Below, piece by piece: positions 12,256-26,680 of a stretch of 64,000 bases of DNA. The DNA lies in assembly GCF_964204645.1 (NCBI RefSeq), contig NC_134035.1, positions 12,928,451-12,992,450 of the forward strand, in the 5' to 3' direction. Under the pieces are notes generated by a model. The model had not been told where the DNA came from. It saw only the letters and a list, made by a program, of their open reading frames with translations, and did not search any database. A program made the translations under genes and the position numbers. How positions within the stretch are numbered: the stretch's first letter is position 1; every line of letters begins with the position of its first letter. This DNA comes from Tubulanus polymorphus (taxonomy: Eukaryota; Animalia; Nemertea).

Positions 12256-13366
12256 TTCTCCTTCCTGTTGCTTGTTGGGTTTTCTTATTCACTTCCCGCT
12301 TGTGAATCCACAAGATTTATTGTCCTGAAATGATCGGAACAACCTCTGAAATGTTTATGTAAGATGTGAGAATTCACCCCCTCCCCTCATTGACATTAGG
12401 TTTATAATCTCGAACGGAAATTCATTCAATATTCTACCGAATAATTTACTAAGGATTTTAGAACAAAGGAATGCCAATATGGGAGATATGCGGGAGACAA
12501 CCTGGCTAAAAAGGTGTCTCCAAAAATAAAGAATACAAGAATTGAAGACTCATTGGATTGAAACATGTGATTTGATTATCCTAGAATAATCAAATTCTAG
12601 GATAATCAAAGTGTTTTTTGTTCTACACTGATTTAGAATATAAAGATTTGTGACTTACCTCACAATCAACTTCTTCTCGCAATTTAGAATGTATAAGGCA
12701 CTTTTTGCAGCGAACGTCAAACTTGCGAGCCTTCCAATCTCACCATAACAGAATGACGTAAACGGCACCTGTTCGGTGAAACGGGGTGCTCTTTGATGTT
12801 AATGATGTAAAACTATTTCTATATGTACACGACGCATCATTTGAATATATTTTCATATGAATATATACATGTTATAATTTGAATGGATGACCTGCCTGAT
12901 ATTTCAGAATGTGATATAATCCGATCATATAATCAGCATGCATTAATTATGTCGTATATATGCGATATGTATAAAGGTTAATATAATCTGTATTATTCAT
13001 CACTTACATGGACTATAAAAAATATCATTCGGGTTTGCGTGATATATGTTTAAAATCCTCTCACATTTCAATACTTCGCATCGCAAATTATTACGCCACA
13101 TATCGTAATTAATCATCTTCCAAATATTCAAATCGTCCCCATCGTTCGTGGTAGTCACAGGTGGTGGTGGACTCAGCTTCTTTTAAATCACTCTCATATA
13201 TTCAGCTTCCATCGAACATAATTCAGACTTTTCAACACAAGGTAACATGTCGATGTGCTGCTGCTCCTGTGAGCGTCACCATCAACATTTCTTCATTCTT
13301 CTTTATCAACTTGTATAACGAGAATTCCACGATAAAGACAAGAAATTCATCAAGTCCGAAAATGTT

Positions 13367-13702
13367 TCCTTGAGCTAGTGTAGTTTGTTCAACGTTTCGA
13401 CTTTATCCTAATAGTCATCTTCAGGAATACTGTATTCCTTGAGCTAGTGTAGTTTATTCAATGTTTCGACTTTGTCCTAATAGTCATCTTCAGGAATACT
13501 GTATTCCTTGAGTTAGTGTAGTTTATTCAACGTTTCGACTTTATCCTAATAGTCATCTTCAGGAATACTGTATTCCTTGAGCTAGTGTAGTTTATTCAAT
13601 GTTTCGACTATATCCTAATAGTCATCTTCAGGAATACTGTATTCCTTGGCCTAGAAGTTTATTCAACGTTTCGACTATATCCTAATAGTCATCTTCAGGA
13701 AT
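13367..13702 (-). ncRNA. Tandem array of five 69-bp units, each a minimal (Penelope-type) type I hammerhead ribozyme
   Basis: The minus-strand unit reads TATTC-CTGAAGA-T-GACT-attaggataa-AGTC-GAAAC-GTT-GAATA: stem I TATTC/GAATA, core CUGANGA, stem II GACU/AGUC, GAAA, palindromic loopless stem III ACGU, cleavage triplet GUU. Units 2 and 4 have ACAU in place of ACGU. Confidence 0.8.
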
Positions 13703-14258
13703 GCTAAAATACGGAAGAAATTGTGAAATATATATTCGATCCAGAACAAACAGACTAATTTCAGTAATCCTCAATTAATCTCCGTGTAAAGGCAGTTACA
13801 ACTTTAGGACATAAAAATGATCGATTTGATTTCAACTATGCAGACTTCACTGAACGAATCCTCAATCCTAACATGATATCAACACAAGCTACAGAATATA
13901 TAGCTCTTTTATTTGTCTCTTGCTCGGAGTGTGACGTCAGTGTGGAAATCTCTACGAAAATCCATTGTAATCAAAACTCACTTGACGCGCCATAAACTAA
14001 ATCCTATTGGTTATATTGTATTTGGAAGATTCATTAGGAAGGTAGAGCTCATGTGGCTATTATATACATTTAATTCTAATACAACAATATCCCAAAAGTT
14101 GATAATAGTTTCGGCCAGGTTTATAGAGAATTTTGGTGACAATCTGGTTTGAGATCTCGGTTGGAAATTGTAATTGTAATCCAAAGAAAGAAGAATTAAT
14201 GAATTAATCATTTGGTATATTAGTATATTTGGGTTTATTTTCTATATTTAGTTTAAAT

Positions 14259-15764
14259 TCATTTTTGATTTATTATTTTTTTCGTTTCTGAACCATCAAT
14301 TATTGATGATGAATCTCGCCTCAAGGCAGCGCTGAGTGTTAAATCGAACGTGTTGTAATCCAAATCTCCATTTCCGGTTCCGCCTTGAACTAACATCAGA
14401 TCGTCTGTAGTTCTTTGACGCGCTAGTTTAGATTGTTCATCCCAATCTAAAACAAATATGGCGTACGGAACGAATATCAACGAATTTAAAATGCACGAAC
14501 TCTGGTAGCCTATTATTATACTCAGAGCACCTAACCGAGTAAAATACAATAGAATCAAACCTAAAGATGTTCCTATTGTTAAAGTCACGAAACACGTTGT
14601 TGTAATTATGGCTATTTTAGCGCATCCTCGAATTGCAGCATTAAATATCACATCGACAGCAAATAGGGGCAAAGTCGCTCCTATGTACAGAAACATAAAT
14701 TTCAGTTTGGCTTCGACCAAACTATCGCTAGCAAATCCCCGAGCTAAAACAGCGTGAAGCGAACAAATTAATACACCGAGAACTACAGTCACCATCACCG
14801 AAATACCTTGATAAAAGAATAAAGCTCTTTTGGCTGTCTGACCGTCCTTAGATGATAACAGGAAACCAACTCTCATAGTACACGCTTCCGATATGCCCCA
14901 TAATAAATTGAGGTTAAAATATATTACTTGCAACGAGACGCTTAATGTTACAAGTTCAACCACTCCAAATGTACCGGTCAAAAATGTACCAACTGTTATG
15001 GCTATGGTAATACACAATACTGATACTGTTGACCCGAGAGCCATACTAGCGACCTCCCATAGATTCTTAAATATGTCCGTATTAGTTCTGTATATAGCGA
15101 TAGTATCTCTATTAACCAGAGAAGATCCAATACCCACGCAAACTGTATTGAAGCCAAAAAATACAAGGAAAGAGATGGCCGCTCCTAGACTGGCCAAACG
15201 TAGTACGATAACCATGACGTAACAGATTACTGTGGCAACAACGTTGTTGAATATTGCTACAATAACGACCGGTATAACAATATCCTGAGACATTAAAAAA
15301 CGCGTGAAAATATCATTCGCGAGCACAAAAATGTTATCTGGTGCCATCACCATCAGCATCCTTCCAGCCTCTTCAGCAACGGTTGCATTTTGTCCGAGAA
15401 GTATAAATATTTTGTCAGCAGTGAAATTTATCGGTAGCAACAATAAACCGCAACAAATCAGTATCAACAACCCTCTCTGTAACAACAAGCGCAAATAACG
15501 ATAGTTTTTGGCGCCGAAAGCTTGCGAGAATAATCCTTCTATACCCATCGCCATACCCATACCAAACGAGTAGAGGAGTTCAAAAACCGTATCTATCAAA
15601 GAAAAGGCGGCTTGCGAAACTAAATTCGATTGTGCAACCATTATAGTACACATTAAAAGAGGAAAACCGGTTAAAACGGGAACAATTACAATCGGCCATG
15701 ACGTCACAAGAAAGGAACGTAATTCCTCAAGTAACCAATTCGGAAGTGCATTTTTTATCGTCAT
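14259..15764 (-). CDS. Intronless MATE/SLC47-family transporter, copy 3 (501 aa)
   Basis: Full-length ORF with MATE motifs as above. Confidence 0.92.
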   Translation of the reverse strand: MTIKNALPNWLLEELRSFLVTSWPIVIVPVLTGFPLLMCTIMVAQSNLVSQAAFSLIDTVFELLYSFGMGMAMGIEGLFSQAFGAKNYRYLRLLLQRGLLILICCGLLLLPINFTADKIFILLGQNATVAEEAGRMLMVMAPDNIFVLANDIFTRFLMSQDIVIPVVIVAIFNNVVATVICYVMVIVLRLASLGAAISFLVFFGFNTVCVGIGSSLVNRDTIAIYRTNTDIFKNLWEVASMALGSTVSVLCITIAITVGTFLTGTFGVVELVTLSVSLQVIYFNLNLLWGISEACTMRVGFLLSSKDGQTAKRALFFYQGISVMVTVVLGVLICSLHAVLARGFASDSLVEAKLKFMFLYIGATLPLFAVDVIFNAAIRGCAKIAIITTTCFVTLTIGTSLGLILLYFTRLGALSIIIGYQSSCILNSLIFVPYAIFVLDWDEQSKLARQRTTDDLMLVQGGTGNGDLDYNTFDLTLSAALRRDSSSIIDGSETKKIINQK

Positions 15765-16477
15765 CTCCGCTTTTAATCCTTTTACTGATGTTTCTCTAAA
15801 TATATCCGTTTTTTTTTTTCTGTTTCGGATATCAGTTGAATCATGGACCCCGAAACGATTTAGAGTCAGTATAGTTTAATTGCGAGTACTGCTCGATGTC
15901 CTATTCGCATTCAGAATGTCTATATTTCACGAGTATAGCTATAGCCAGGTCGTGATCGTGTCATGCGCCAGAAGTTTCAAGGATAATAAACAATGATACA
16001 TAAAAAATCGGTAATTCACTCTTACCAAAAATCTATGATGTATAGTACGCATCTGAATAATATAATGCGGCAGAATTGTTTCTATTAACCTTACATTAAA
16101 ATTCTAATGTTCAAAAAATGCATGGACGATGATCGAAGGGCACCAAACAATTAATTTTAGACGATGATGAAATATTGAGTCTCTTTACTTGTATTTTTGT
16201 CCTCGATGCAGTTCCTCAGTTGTCCTCGATGGCTATTGGATCTGCTCTGGTGAGGATGGGACAGATTAGAAGTAAGAATGCGGAACGGAAGGGGAGAGAG
16301 TCTGTTTGCTGCAATTATAGTTACATCTGTATGATTCTTTGATTCAAAAGGATTATAGTTGAAGTGACATAATACCAGAAATTTGAAAGCTCTAATAAGA
16401 TAAAAACCCACTATTTACAGATTAAAAGAATTAAAAACCAGAATTTATTTATTAAATCTAAAATATTTAAAAGACAC

Positions 16478-16511
16478 GACGTTTCGATCTCACCCTAGAG
16501 ATCATCGTCAG
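16478..16511 (-). ncRNA. Single minimal hammerhead-like motif of a second family (Penelope-like remnant)
   Basis: Minus strand CTGACGA-T-GATCTC-tagggt-GAGATC-GAAAC-GTC with a perfect 6-bp stem II, but stem I does not pair in this copy. Confidence 0.6.
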
Positions 16512-16566
16512 GGGTGAAAAATAGACTTAGTCTAATAAATAGACTCAGTCTATTTATTAGAAATGT

Positions 16567-16839
16567 TCCCTTGAGCTGGTGTAGTTAATTCAACGTTTCG
16601 ACTTTATCTTCAGGAATACTGTATTCCTTGAGCTAGTGTAGTTTATTCAACGTTTCGACTTTATCTTAATAGTCATCTTCAGGAATACTGTATTCCTTGA
16701 GCTAGTGTAGTTTATTCAATGTTTCGACTTTATTCTAATAGTCATCTTCAGGAATACTGTATTCCTTGAGCTAGTGTAGTTTATTCGACGTTTCGACTTT
16801 ATCCTAATAGTCATCTTCAGGAATACTGTATTCCTTGAG
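16567..16839 (-). ncRNA. Second tandem array (4 units, the first internally deleted) of the 69-bp minimal hammerhead repeat
   Basis: Same unit as 13367-13702. Confidence 0.78.
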
Positions 16840-17187
16840 GCGTGTGGAATTCTCATCTCTTTTCAAAATTATTTGAAGCTCTTGTGAAGTGCCATAATCT
16901 AAATCCAATATTGTTTAATTCTGTTTGGAAAATGCGTTAATGGTTAGCTGTATGTGCTGCTCCTATGAACATCATGATACCAAACATATCCCGGTCCCAA
17001 AATCTGTTAAGAGTTTGTGCCAGGTTAGAAGGAGTTTTGGAACATTTTCTCAAGGTTGGAGAATTGTTTTCCGAATCCTAGTTAGTGCTAATTGTAATCC
17101 GAAGAAACTTAAAAGATTGAATAATATGTATATTTAGTTTTAAATCATTTTTTATTTATTTAACTGTTTCTGAACAATTTCCAAATT

Positions 17188-18639
17188 TCATGATGAATCT
17201 CGCCTCAAGGTGGCGCTGGGTGTTGATTCAAACGTACTGTAATCGAATTCTCCATTTCCGGTTCCGTCTTGGATTAACATCTTCTTAGTTCTTAGACGCG
17301 CTAGTTTAGATTGTTCATCCCAATCTAACACAAATATGGCGTACGGAACGAATATGAACGAATTTAAAACACATGAACTCTGGAATCCTATTACTACACT
17401 AATAGCACCTAACCGAGTAAAATATAATAGAATCAAACCTAAAGATGTACCTATTATTAAATTCATTGAACAGGTTGTTGTAATTATAGCAATTTTAGCG
17501 CATCCTCGAATTGCAGCATTAAATATCACATCGACAGCAAATAGGGGCAAAGTCGCTCCTATGTACAGTAAAGTAAATTTCAGTTTGGCTTCGACCAAAC
17601 TATCGCTAGCAAATCCCCGAGCTAAAACAGCGTGAAGCGAACAAATTAATACACCGAAAACTACAGCGACCATCATCGAAATACCTTGATAAAAGAACAA
17701 AGCTCTTTTGGCTGTCTGACCGTCCCTGGATGATAACAGGAAACCAACTCTTATACTACACGCTTCCGATATTCCCCAAAATATATTGAGGTTAAAATAT
17801 ATTACTTGCAACGAGACGCCTAATGTTACAAGTTCAACCACTCCAAAAGTACCGGTCAAGAAGATACCGATTGTCACAGCTGTGGTCAAACACATTATTG
17901 ATACTGTTGACCCGAGAACCATACTAGCGACCTCCCATAAATTCTTTAATATGTCCGTATTTATTCTGTATATAGCGATAATGTCTTTATTAACCAGAGA
18001 AGATCCAATACCCACGCAAACTGCACTGACACCAAAAAACATAAGGAAAGAGATGGCCACCCCTAGACTGGCCAAACGTAGTACAATAACCGTGATGTAA
18101 CAGATTGATGCGCTGACAACGTTGTTGAATATTGCTACAATAACGACCGGTATAACAATATCCTGGGACATTAAAAAACGCATGAAAATAGCATCCGCGA
18201 GCACAAAAATGTTATTAGGCGACATCACCATCAGCATCCTTCCAGCCTCTTCAGCAACCGTTGCATTTTGTCCGAGAAGTATAAATATTTTGTCAGCAGT
18301 GAAATTTAGTGGCAACAACAATAAACCGCTACAAATCAGTATCAACAACCCTCTCTGTAACAACAAGCGCAAATAACGATAGTTTTTGGCGCCGAAAGCT
18401 TGCGAGAATAATCCTTCTATACCCATCGACATACCCATACTAACCGAGCAGAGCAGTCCAAAAAACGTGTTTATCAAAGAAAAGGCGGCTTGCGAAACTA
18501 AATTCGATTGTGCAACCATTATAGTACATGTTAAAAGAGGCAATTCGTTTAAAACGGGAACGACTACAATCGGCCATGACGTCACGAAAAAGAAACGTAA
18601 TTCCTCGCTCAACCAATCCGGAAGCGCTTTCATCATCAT
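17188..18639 (-). CDS. Intronless MATE/SLC47-family transporter, copy 4 (483 aa)
   Basis: Full-length ORF starting MMMK, with MATE motifs. Confidence 0.92.
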   Translation of the reverse strand: MMMKALPDWLSEELRFFFVTSWPIVVVPVLNELPLLTCTIMVAQSNLVSQAAFSLINTFFGLLCSVSMGMSMGIEGLFSQAFGAKNYRYLRLLLQRGLLILICSGLLLLPLNFTADKIFILLGQNATVAEEAGRMLMVMSPNNIFVLADAIFMRFLMSQDIVIPVVIVAIFNNVVSASICYITVIVLRLASLGVAISFLMFFGVSAVCVGIGSSLVNKDIIAIYRINTDILKNLWEVASMVLGSTVSIMCLTTAVTIGIFLTGTFGVVELVTLGVSLQVIYFNLNIFWGISEACSIRVGFLLSSRDGQTAKRALFFYQGISMMVAVVFGVLICSLHAVLARGFASDSLVEAKLKFTLLYIGATLPLFAVDVIFNAAIRGCAKIAIITTTCSMNLIIGTSLGLILLYFTRLGAISVVIGFQSSCVLNSFIFVPYAIFVLDWDEQSKLARLRTKKMLIQDGTGNGEFDYSTFESTPSATLRRDSS

Positions 18640-19203
18640 CGTTATTTATTCTCTTTTTCTCCTTTTCCTGTTGTTGTACGATATGTTTCTCCAATTATCT
18701 TCTTTTGCGACTGTTTCAGAGATAAATTATCAGCTTAGACCTAATCGTTGACGTCGGATCGATTAGATAGAGTACATACTTTATTTCCGAGTATACTGTT
18801 CCGTTTTCTGTTTATTTTCGAGAGAGATTATCTGCATAATCGTGGACCCTGAAACGAATTAGGTTCAGTAGTTAATGTCCAACTACTCGCCGTCCTGCTT
18901 GCGTTCAGAACGATAAATATATTTCACATGTACAGGCAGGCCGTTTTCATTTTATGCGCCAGATTGTTTGTTGATGATAAAAACCAAAATCTGTACTGAT
19001 TTACGTAACATTAATAGAACTATATACAGTGCGTACATACATTAACATTTCATGGTCGGAAGATTGTTTTTGAATGAACCGAAATTTCCAAATATGTACA
19101 TCGATTTAAGATGAAAGATTCTGTAATTCCGACCGCCGATATCTGTACATCGATTTTCGATTTCATTACTAAACCTTTAACAACACTAAATGTCACTGAT
19201 AAT

Positions 19204-19519
19204 TGTTATACATATTTCATCTATATTTCGTATTTCTTTATTGTTTTATGTCTCCATCTTATTACTCATTGTCCTCTGAGACTGTTTGTCTGTGTCGGAA
19301 TGTGTTAATTGTTGTTTGTCTCACTGTCATGTCACTACTCGGCACCTTTGTTTTTGTATCATTTTCCATGTCTCAACCTGTCTGAATCTGTGTTATATAA
19401 ATAGCTATGTGTAAAAATAAAGTCGAGTCCAGTTTTCGTATTCCAAACTGATAGTTCGCTCGTTACTCTTTCGCTCTGCTCCGGATTTCTGACGTCGACC
19501 ATTCTTCGAGAATAGGACA
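19204..19519 (+). mobile_element. Possible solo LTR
   Basis: Starts TGT and ends ACA; contains TATAAATA followed by AATAAA; flanks GATAAT / GAAAAT match at 5 of 6 positions. Confidence 0.35.
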
Positions 19520-20513
19520 GAAAATAGCTTTGCTAAAAACCCCCTGTTTCGCTCCCGGCAGGTGTGGTGGATTTGTATGGGACACTCAATCGAAATAAAT
19601 CAAACAAAATCTACCAATTCAATAGATAACAACGTCAATCCCTATTCTAAGATCAAAAACATTACATAACAATTCTAATGTAAAGTAAGAAATCATGGAA
19701 GAAATCATGGTAATCAAAATTGAAAATTGAAATTGAAAAAATGGAGGGTGGAGGGTCCTAAACTAATCATCAATTTTTGGACGAGGAAGATAAAATTCGC
19801 AGGAAAGATCAAGAAAAATCGTAAAGCGTGTTGACTCGCTTGATCGATCGATGTGGTGCCACGATTAGTTCTCCGATGTACCTTCCACACATGGTGTCAT
19901 GTACACGATGCATGTACGTTTATTTACTGTTGTATTAGTTACTCATTGGCACGGACATTGTTTCGAGTCCAGCCACTAGTTGCCTGATGAACATTTCATA
20001 TATTGTAATAGATATTGATCTTAATTGTTAATCTGTGGAAAGTAAATTTATCAATACTAAAATGTCTTTTATTCGAATGAGCCAATATATATATATGTAT
20101 AAAGGTATAAGCAGTGTACAACAGAAAATAGCAAGGATTTTAGGTATATTCATGGTTTTATATAATTTTCTAATCTTCTTCCAAATATTCAAATCGTTCC
20201 CAACGTTAGTCACTGTGGCGGTGGATTAAGCATATTTGAAATCACTCTCACATACTCGGCTTCTATCGAAAAATTGAGACTTCTTCATCTGGAACCAGTG
20301 GTCCAAGTCGGTGACCTCTTGGCACGAAGGGGGGGATTGCACTGTGTTTAAAAAGGCAGTTACAACTCTAGCACATAAAACAAAGGAATGATTTATTTCT
20401 AATCTAAAGAATCCTCAATACCGAAAGCATTTGCACAAACCGCAGAATATCGTTATATGTGTCGTTTTTTGTATCTCGCTTGGAGTGTGGCGTGTGAACC
20501 ATTTCCTGTTTTT

Positions 20514-21968
20514 TTATGATGAATCTCGTCTCAAGGTGGCGCTGGATGTTAACTCAAACGTGTTGTAATCCAATTCGCTATTTCCGGTTGCGTCTTGGAT
20601 TAACATCAGATCGTCTGTAGTTCTTAGACGCGCTAGTTTAGATTGTTCATCCCAATCTAACACAAATATGGCGTACGGAACGAATATGAACGAATTTAAA
20701 ACACATGAACTCTGGAATCCTATTACTACACTCAGAGCACCTAACCGAGCAAAATATAATAGAATCAAACCTAAAGATGTTCCTATTGTTAAAGTCACGA
20801 AACACGTTGTTGTAATTATGGCTATTTTAGCGCATCCCCGAATTGCAGCATTAAATATCACATCGACAGCCAATAAGGGCAAAGTCGCTCCTATGTACAG
20901 AAACATAAATTTCAGTTTCGCTTCGACCAAACTATCGCTAGCATATGCCCGAGCTAAATCAGTGTGAAGCGAACAAATTAGTACACCGACAACTACAGCG
21001 ACCATCATTGAAATACCTTGATGAAAGAACAAAGCTCTTTTGGCCGCGTGACCGTCCCTGGATGATAACAGGAAACCGATTCTTATACAACACGCTTCCG
21101 ATATTCCCCAATATATATTGTAGATTAAAAAGATTACTTGCAACGAGACGCTCAATGTTACAAGTTCAACCACTCCAAAAGTACCGGTCAAGAAGATACC
21201 GATTGTTAGAGCTGCAGTGATACACATTATTGATACTGTTGAGCCGAGAGCCATACTAGCGACCTCCCATAGGTTCTTAAATATGTCCGTATTAGTTCTG
21301 TATATAGCTATAGTGTCTTTATTAACCAGAGAAGATGCGATACCCAAGCAAACTGCATTCAGGCCAAAAAATACTAGTAAAGAGATGGCCGCTCCTAGAC
21401 TGGCCAAACGTAGTACGATAACCGTGATGTAACAGATTACTGCGGTGACAACGTTGTTGAATATTCCTACAAAAACGACCGGTATAACAATATCCTGGGA
21501 AATGAGAAAACGCGTGAAAATATCATTCGCAAGCACAAAAATGTTATCGGGTGACAACACTATCAGCATCCTTTGAGCCTCTTCAGCAACGGTTGCATTT
21601 TGTCCGAAAAGTATAAATATTTTGTCGGCAGTGAAATTTAGTGGCATCAACAATAAACCGCTACAAATCAGTATCAACATTAACCCTCTCTGTAGCAACA
21701 AGCGCAAATACCGATAGTTTTTGGCGCCGAAAGCTTGCGAGAATAATCCTTCCAAACCAATCGACATACCCATACCTAATGAGTAGACGAGTCCAAAAAA
21801 TGTACATACCAAAGAAAAGGCGGCTTGCGAAACCAGATTGGATTGAGCAACCATTATTGTACACATTATAAAAGGCAAATCGGTTAAAACGGGAACAACT
21901 ACAATCGGCCATGACGTCACGAAAAAGAAACGTAATTCCTCACGTAACCAATCCGGAAGTGGTTTCAT
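20514..21968 (-). CDS. Intronless MATE/SLC47-family transporter, copy 5 (484 aa)
   Basis: Full-length ORF with MATE motifs and a one-codon insertion (GLMLILI). Confidence 0.92.
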   Translation of the reverse strand: MKPLPDWLREELRFFFVTSWPIVVVPVLTDLPFIMCTIMVAQSNLVSQAAFSLVCTFFGLVYSLGMGMSIGLEGLFSQAFGAKNYRYLRLLLQRGLMLILICSGLLLMPLNFTADKIFILFGQNATVAEEAQRMLIVLSPDNIFVLANDIFTRFLISQDIVIPVVFVGIFNNVVTAVICYITVIVLRLASLGAAISLLVFFGLNAVCLGIASSLVNKDTIAIYRTNTDIFKNLWEVASMALGSTVSIMCITAALTIGIFLTGTFGVVELVTLSVSLQVIFLIYNIYWGISEACCIRIGFLLSSRDGHAAKRALFFHQGISMMVAVVVGVLICSLHTDLARAYASDSLVEAKLKFMFLYIGATLPLLAVDVIFNAAIRGCAKIAIITTTCFVTLTIGTSLGLILLYFARLGALSVVIGFQSSCVLNSFIFVPYAIFVLDWDEQSKLARLRTTDDLMLIQDATGNSELDYNTFELTSSATLRRDSS

Positions 21969-23834
21969 TTCTCCTTCCTGTTGCTTGTTGTTTTTTCTTA
22001 TTTCACTGATCGTGTTTATATTTATCCGACCACACGAAATGTCGCTTCACTTCTACGGCTCCACGCGTTTGTTGCCCTAAAATGACAAACTTTCAAATTA
22101 TTTGTTGATAAAACGTTTTGAATATTCGGAGAACAAAGCCGACAAAACGTGTCCTTCAAACAAAAACTTGTTTTATGTTTTCTTTTTCTCTCTCTCTGTC
22201 ACTTGACATTAGGTTTATTGTGTCGGAGAGGAGTTTTTTTCAATTTCGTACCTAATAATTTCTAAAGATTTTGGAATAAAAAGAATGACAGTATTAGCAA
22301 CAAACCGGTTCAAAACATATGTCCAAAAAAGAAAACCTCATTGAATTGAACATTTGATTCGATTATTCTAGAAATAATTTAGAATATACAAATTTGTAGT
22401 TAACGATTTATGGTTTACCGTTCGATTAAGTTTCTATCACTACTTCGGATATAAAATGTACTTTTTGTCGAATAGCGAGCACTACAATAGTTCTACTCGC
22501 CATCTAGAATGTAACGGCACCTTTTCTGTGAATGATTCACTCTATTTCAGATCCCTCAACTATCACTAACGTCCGTTACAAATTACCGAATGGTGAGTGA
22601 TTATGTAAAACTATCTATTTAAGTACATGTAAATTAATCGAAATACATAGTCGTATATATACGCGCCATATCATAATGACACACCTGATATTTTTAAATG
22701 TGATATAATCAGCTGTTGTCGATGTAAGCATATTTGCGATATGTAAATGTAGTAACAGTGAGTCTAGTCGTAGTTTAGATCATGATGTCCAACTTGTTTC
22801 AGCTTTTTACATTGATGTGAATTCTAAAAAGTATAATTCGGTTCGTGTAGTATACCAGGGGCGGATCTGGAATATTTGTAGGGGTGGAGGAGGGGGGGGT
22901 GTGTCCAGGGAAGAAAAAAAATGGACCGTATGAAATGTTACGACAATGGCAAGACGCATAACAGCATAACACTTGTGGCCAACGATTATGAGGGGATACT
23001 CGACAATAGAAATGTTTTGAAATTTTGAGAGGAATTTGTTGAAATTTTCACGAAATTGAACAATGAAATCCATGAAATCAATCATGAAATACACACAATA
23101 CCACGACCACAATCACAATACCATTAACCCTCATTGAAAAAATGTCACTTATGATTTCTTTTCGGGGACCTTCAAATTTACTTCTCCCCACGGAGAGACG
23201 ACTGATACATGGAATAGAGTTATAGGCTGGGGGTAATAATACCAATTTGGGGCGCATTTGAACTGGACTCAGGATACGCGAGCTATATAGATGACAATTA
23301 TTATTATTATTAAGACGAGTCCTTAAAATCATCTTCTTTTCGTTTTAGAACCTGATTCTAAGGTTATTTGTGAGGTTGAATAATTATGTCGCCTGCGCCC
23401 ATTCTTATTTTGAGCATTTTAGAGATATTATGCCGTTCCATCTATGATTTTTAAAGTAAATTAAAACTTATGGTGGATTTCATTATCTAATTTATTTGAT
23501 TCAAAATTTTAGGTCCCTTAAAACCTTCATGAATTAATTCTTTACATTAGAATCGTAATGCAGCATCAGAATATATTCAACCACACATATTATTCATCCA
23601 TTCAATAATTTATGCGTCAATTAAGATTTAATTAGCACATATTCTGATTTATCCACGAAACGTCTGTTGCATTAAATGATCACGGCCTGGCCATAAAGAT
23701 AAAATATATTTGAGCATGAACAGGACGTCGAGCGGTACTCGGAATTAAAATACGAACTCTAAATCGTTCCAGGATCCATGATTAAGCAGATAATCTATTT
23801 CTGAAATGAATAGAAAAGGAGAAAAAAAAAGTAA

Positions 23835-25412
<1,578 letters not shown>

Positions 25413-25999
25413 CAAATGGAATATGATTCACAAATAATGAAATAAATCTTAAAGAAATATAATGATTAATTCATTCATTCTTTGATCGCTCAAATTTCTA
25501 TCATGAATTTATTTTGCATTTCTAAATATCAATGTGTAAATCCTTCCTTGTTCGGTAAAACGTTCGCTGATTGGTCCATTTAACGGGAATTCCAACAGAA
25601 GCCTGACGTCGTTTGTTACAAGCGCTGTGATTGGTATGACCGGATTTTGGTCGGCTAATGACGACTCCAACGACTCATGACTCGTGTGGTCAAGGAAGGG
25701 CTCGGGGAACGGTTTTAGCTTAGCTTAGTGGGTTCGAATCCCTTGACGGGTGAAGATGGGATATGTAGCGGTTTGGAAGAGGAGTGAAAGTAAGCATTAC
25801 TTACCGGGGCACGCACCCGGATCTCGTGCGTAGAAAACCAGCGTGCTAAACCTGTAGAACAATAGACCACTTGGCAGTAGTCGGTGTAACCGCATACAAA
25901 TTGGTGCGATTATAAAAGCTTACCACCAACGCTTAGGTAACTAACTTGGCAAGTGGTAATACAACTTCTTCTAAATGCGTAATACAGTATCATCTTACA

Positions 26000-26680
26000 C
26001 AATCGCCTTCTCCAGCATCACATCATCCATTATCATCTTCACCATCACTATCACCAGTATCACTACTATCATCTCTAACATCACCATCACTATCTCAAGC
26101 ATCTCTCCCATCATCAGCATCACTCTCTCAAACACCACCATCTCCAGTATCACAATCACCTTCCCCAGTATCACCATCACCTTCCCCAGCATCGCCATCA
26201 CCTTCCCCGGCATCGCCATCACCTTCCCCGGCATCACCATCACCTTCCCCAGCATCGCCATCACCTTCCCCAGCATCGCCATCATCTTCCCCAGTATCAC
26301 CATCACCTTCCCCAGCATCGCCATCACCTTCCCCAGTATCACCATCACCTTCCCCAGCATCGCCATCACCTTCCCCAGTATCACCATCACCTTCCCCAGC
26401 ATCACCATCACCTTCCCCAGTATCACCATCATCTTCCCCAGTATCACCATCACCTTCCCCAGCATCGCCATCACCTTCCTCAGTATCACCATCACCTTCT
26501 TCAACATCGCCATCACCTTCCCCAGCATCGCCATCACCTTCCCCAGCATCGCCATCACCTTCCCCAGCATTGCCATCACCTTCCCCAGCGTCGCCATCAC
26601 CTTCCCCAGCATCGCTATCACCTTCCCCAGTATCGCCATCACCTTCCCCAGTATCGTCATCACCTTCCCCAGCATCATTC
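26000..26680. repeat. 21-bp minisatellite (CCTTCCCCAGCATCGCCATCA)n grading into (CAT/CAC)n low-complexity sequence
   Basis: About 25 units at 26155-26670; stop-poor in several frames. Confidence 0.95.

Noticed and set aside
25803-25870. tRNA-like sequence on the minus strand
   Set aside because: The T-loop and acceptor stem are degenerate; at most a decayed SINE head, not a tRNA gene.
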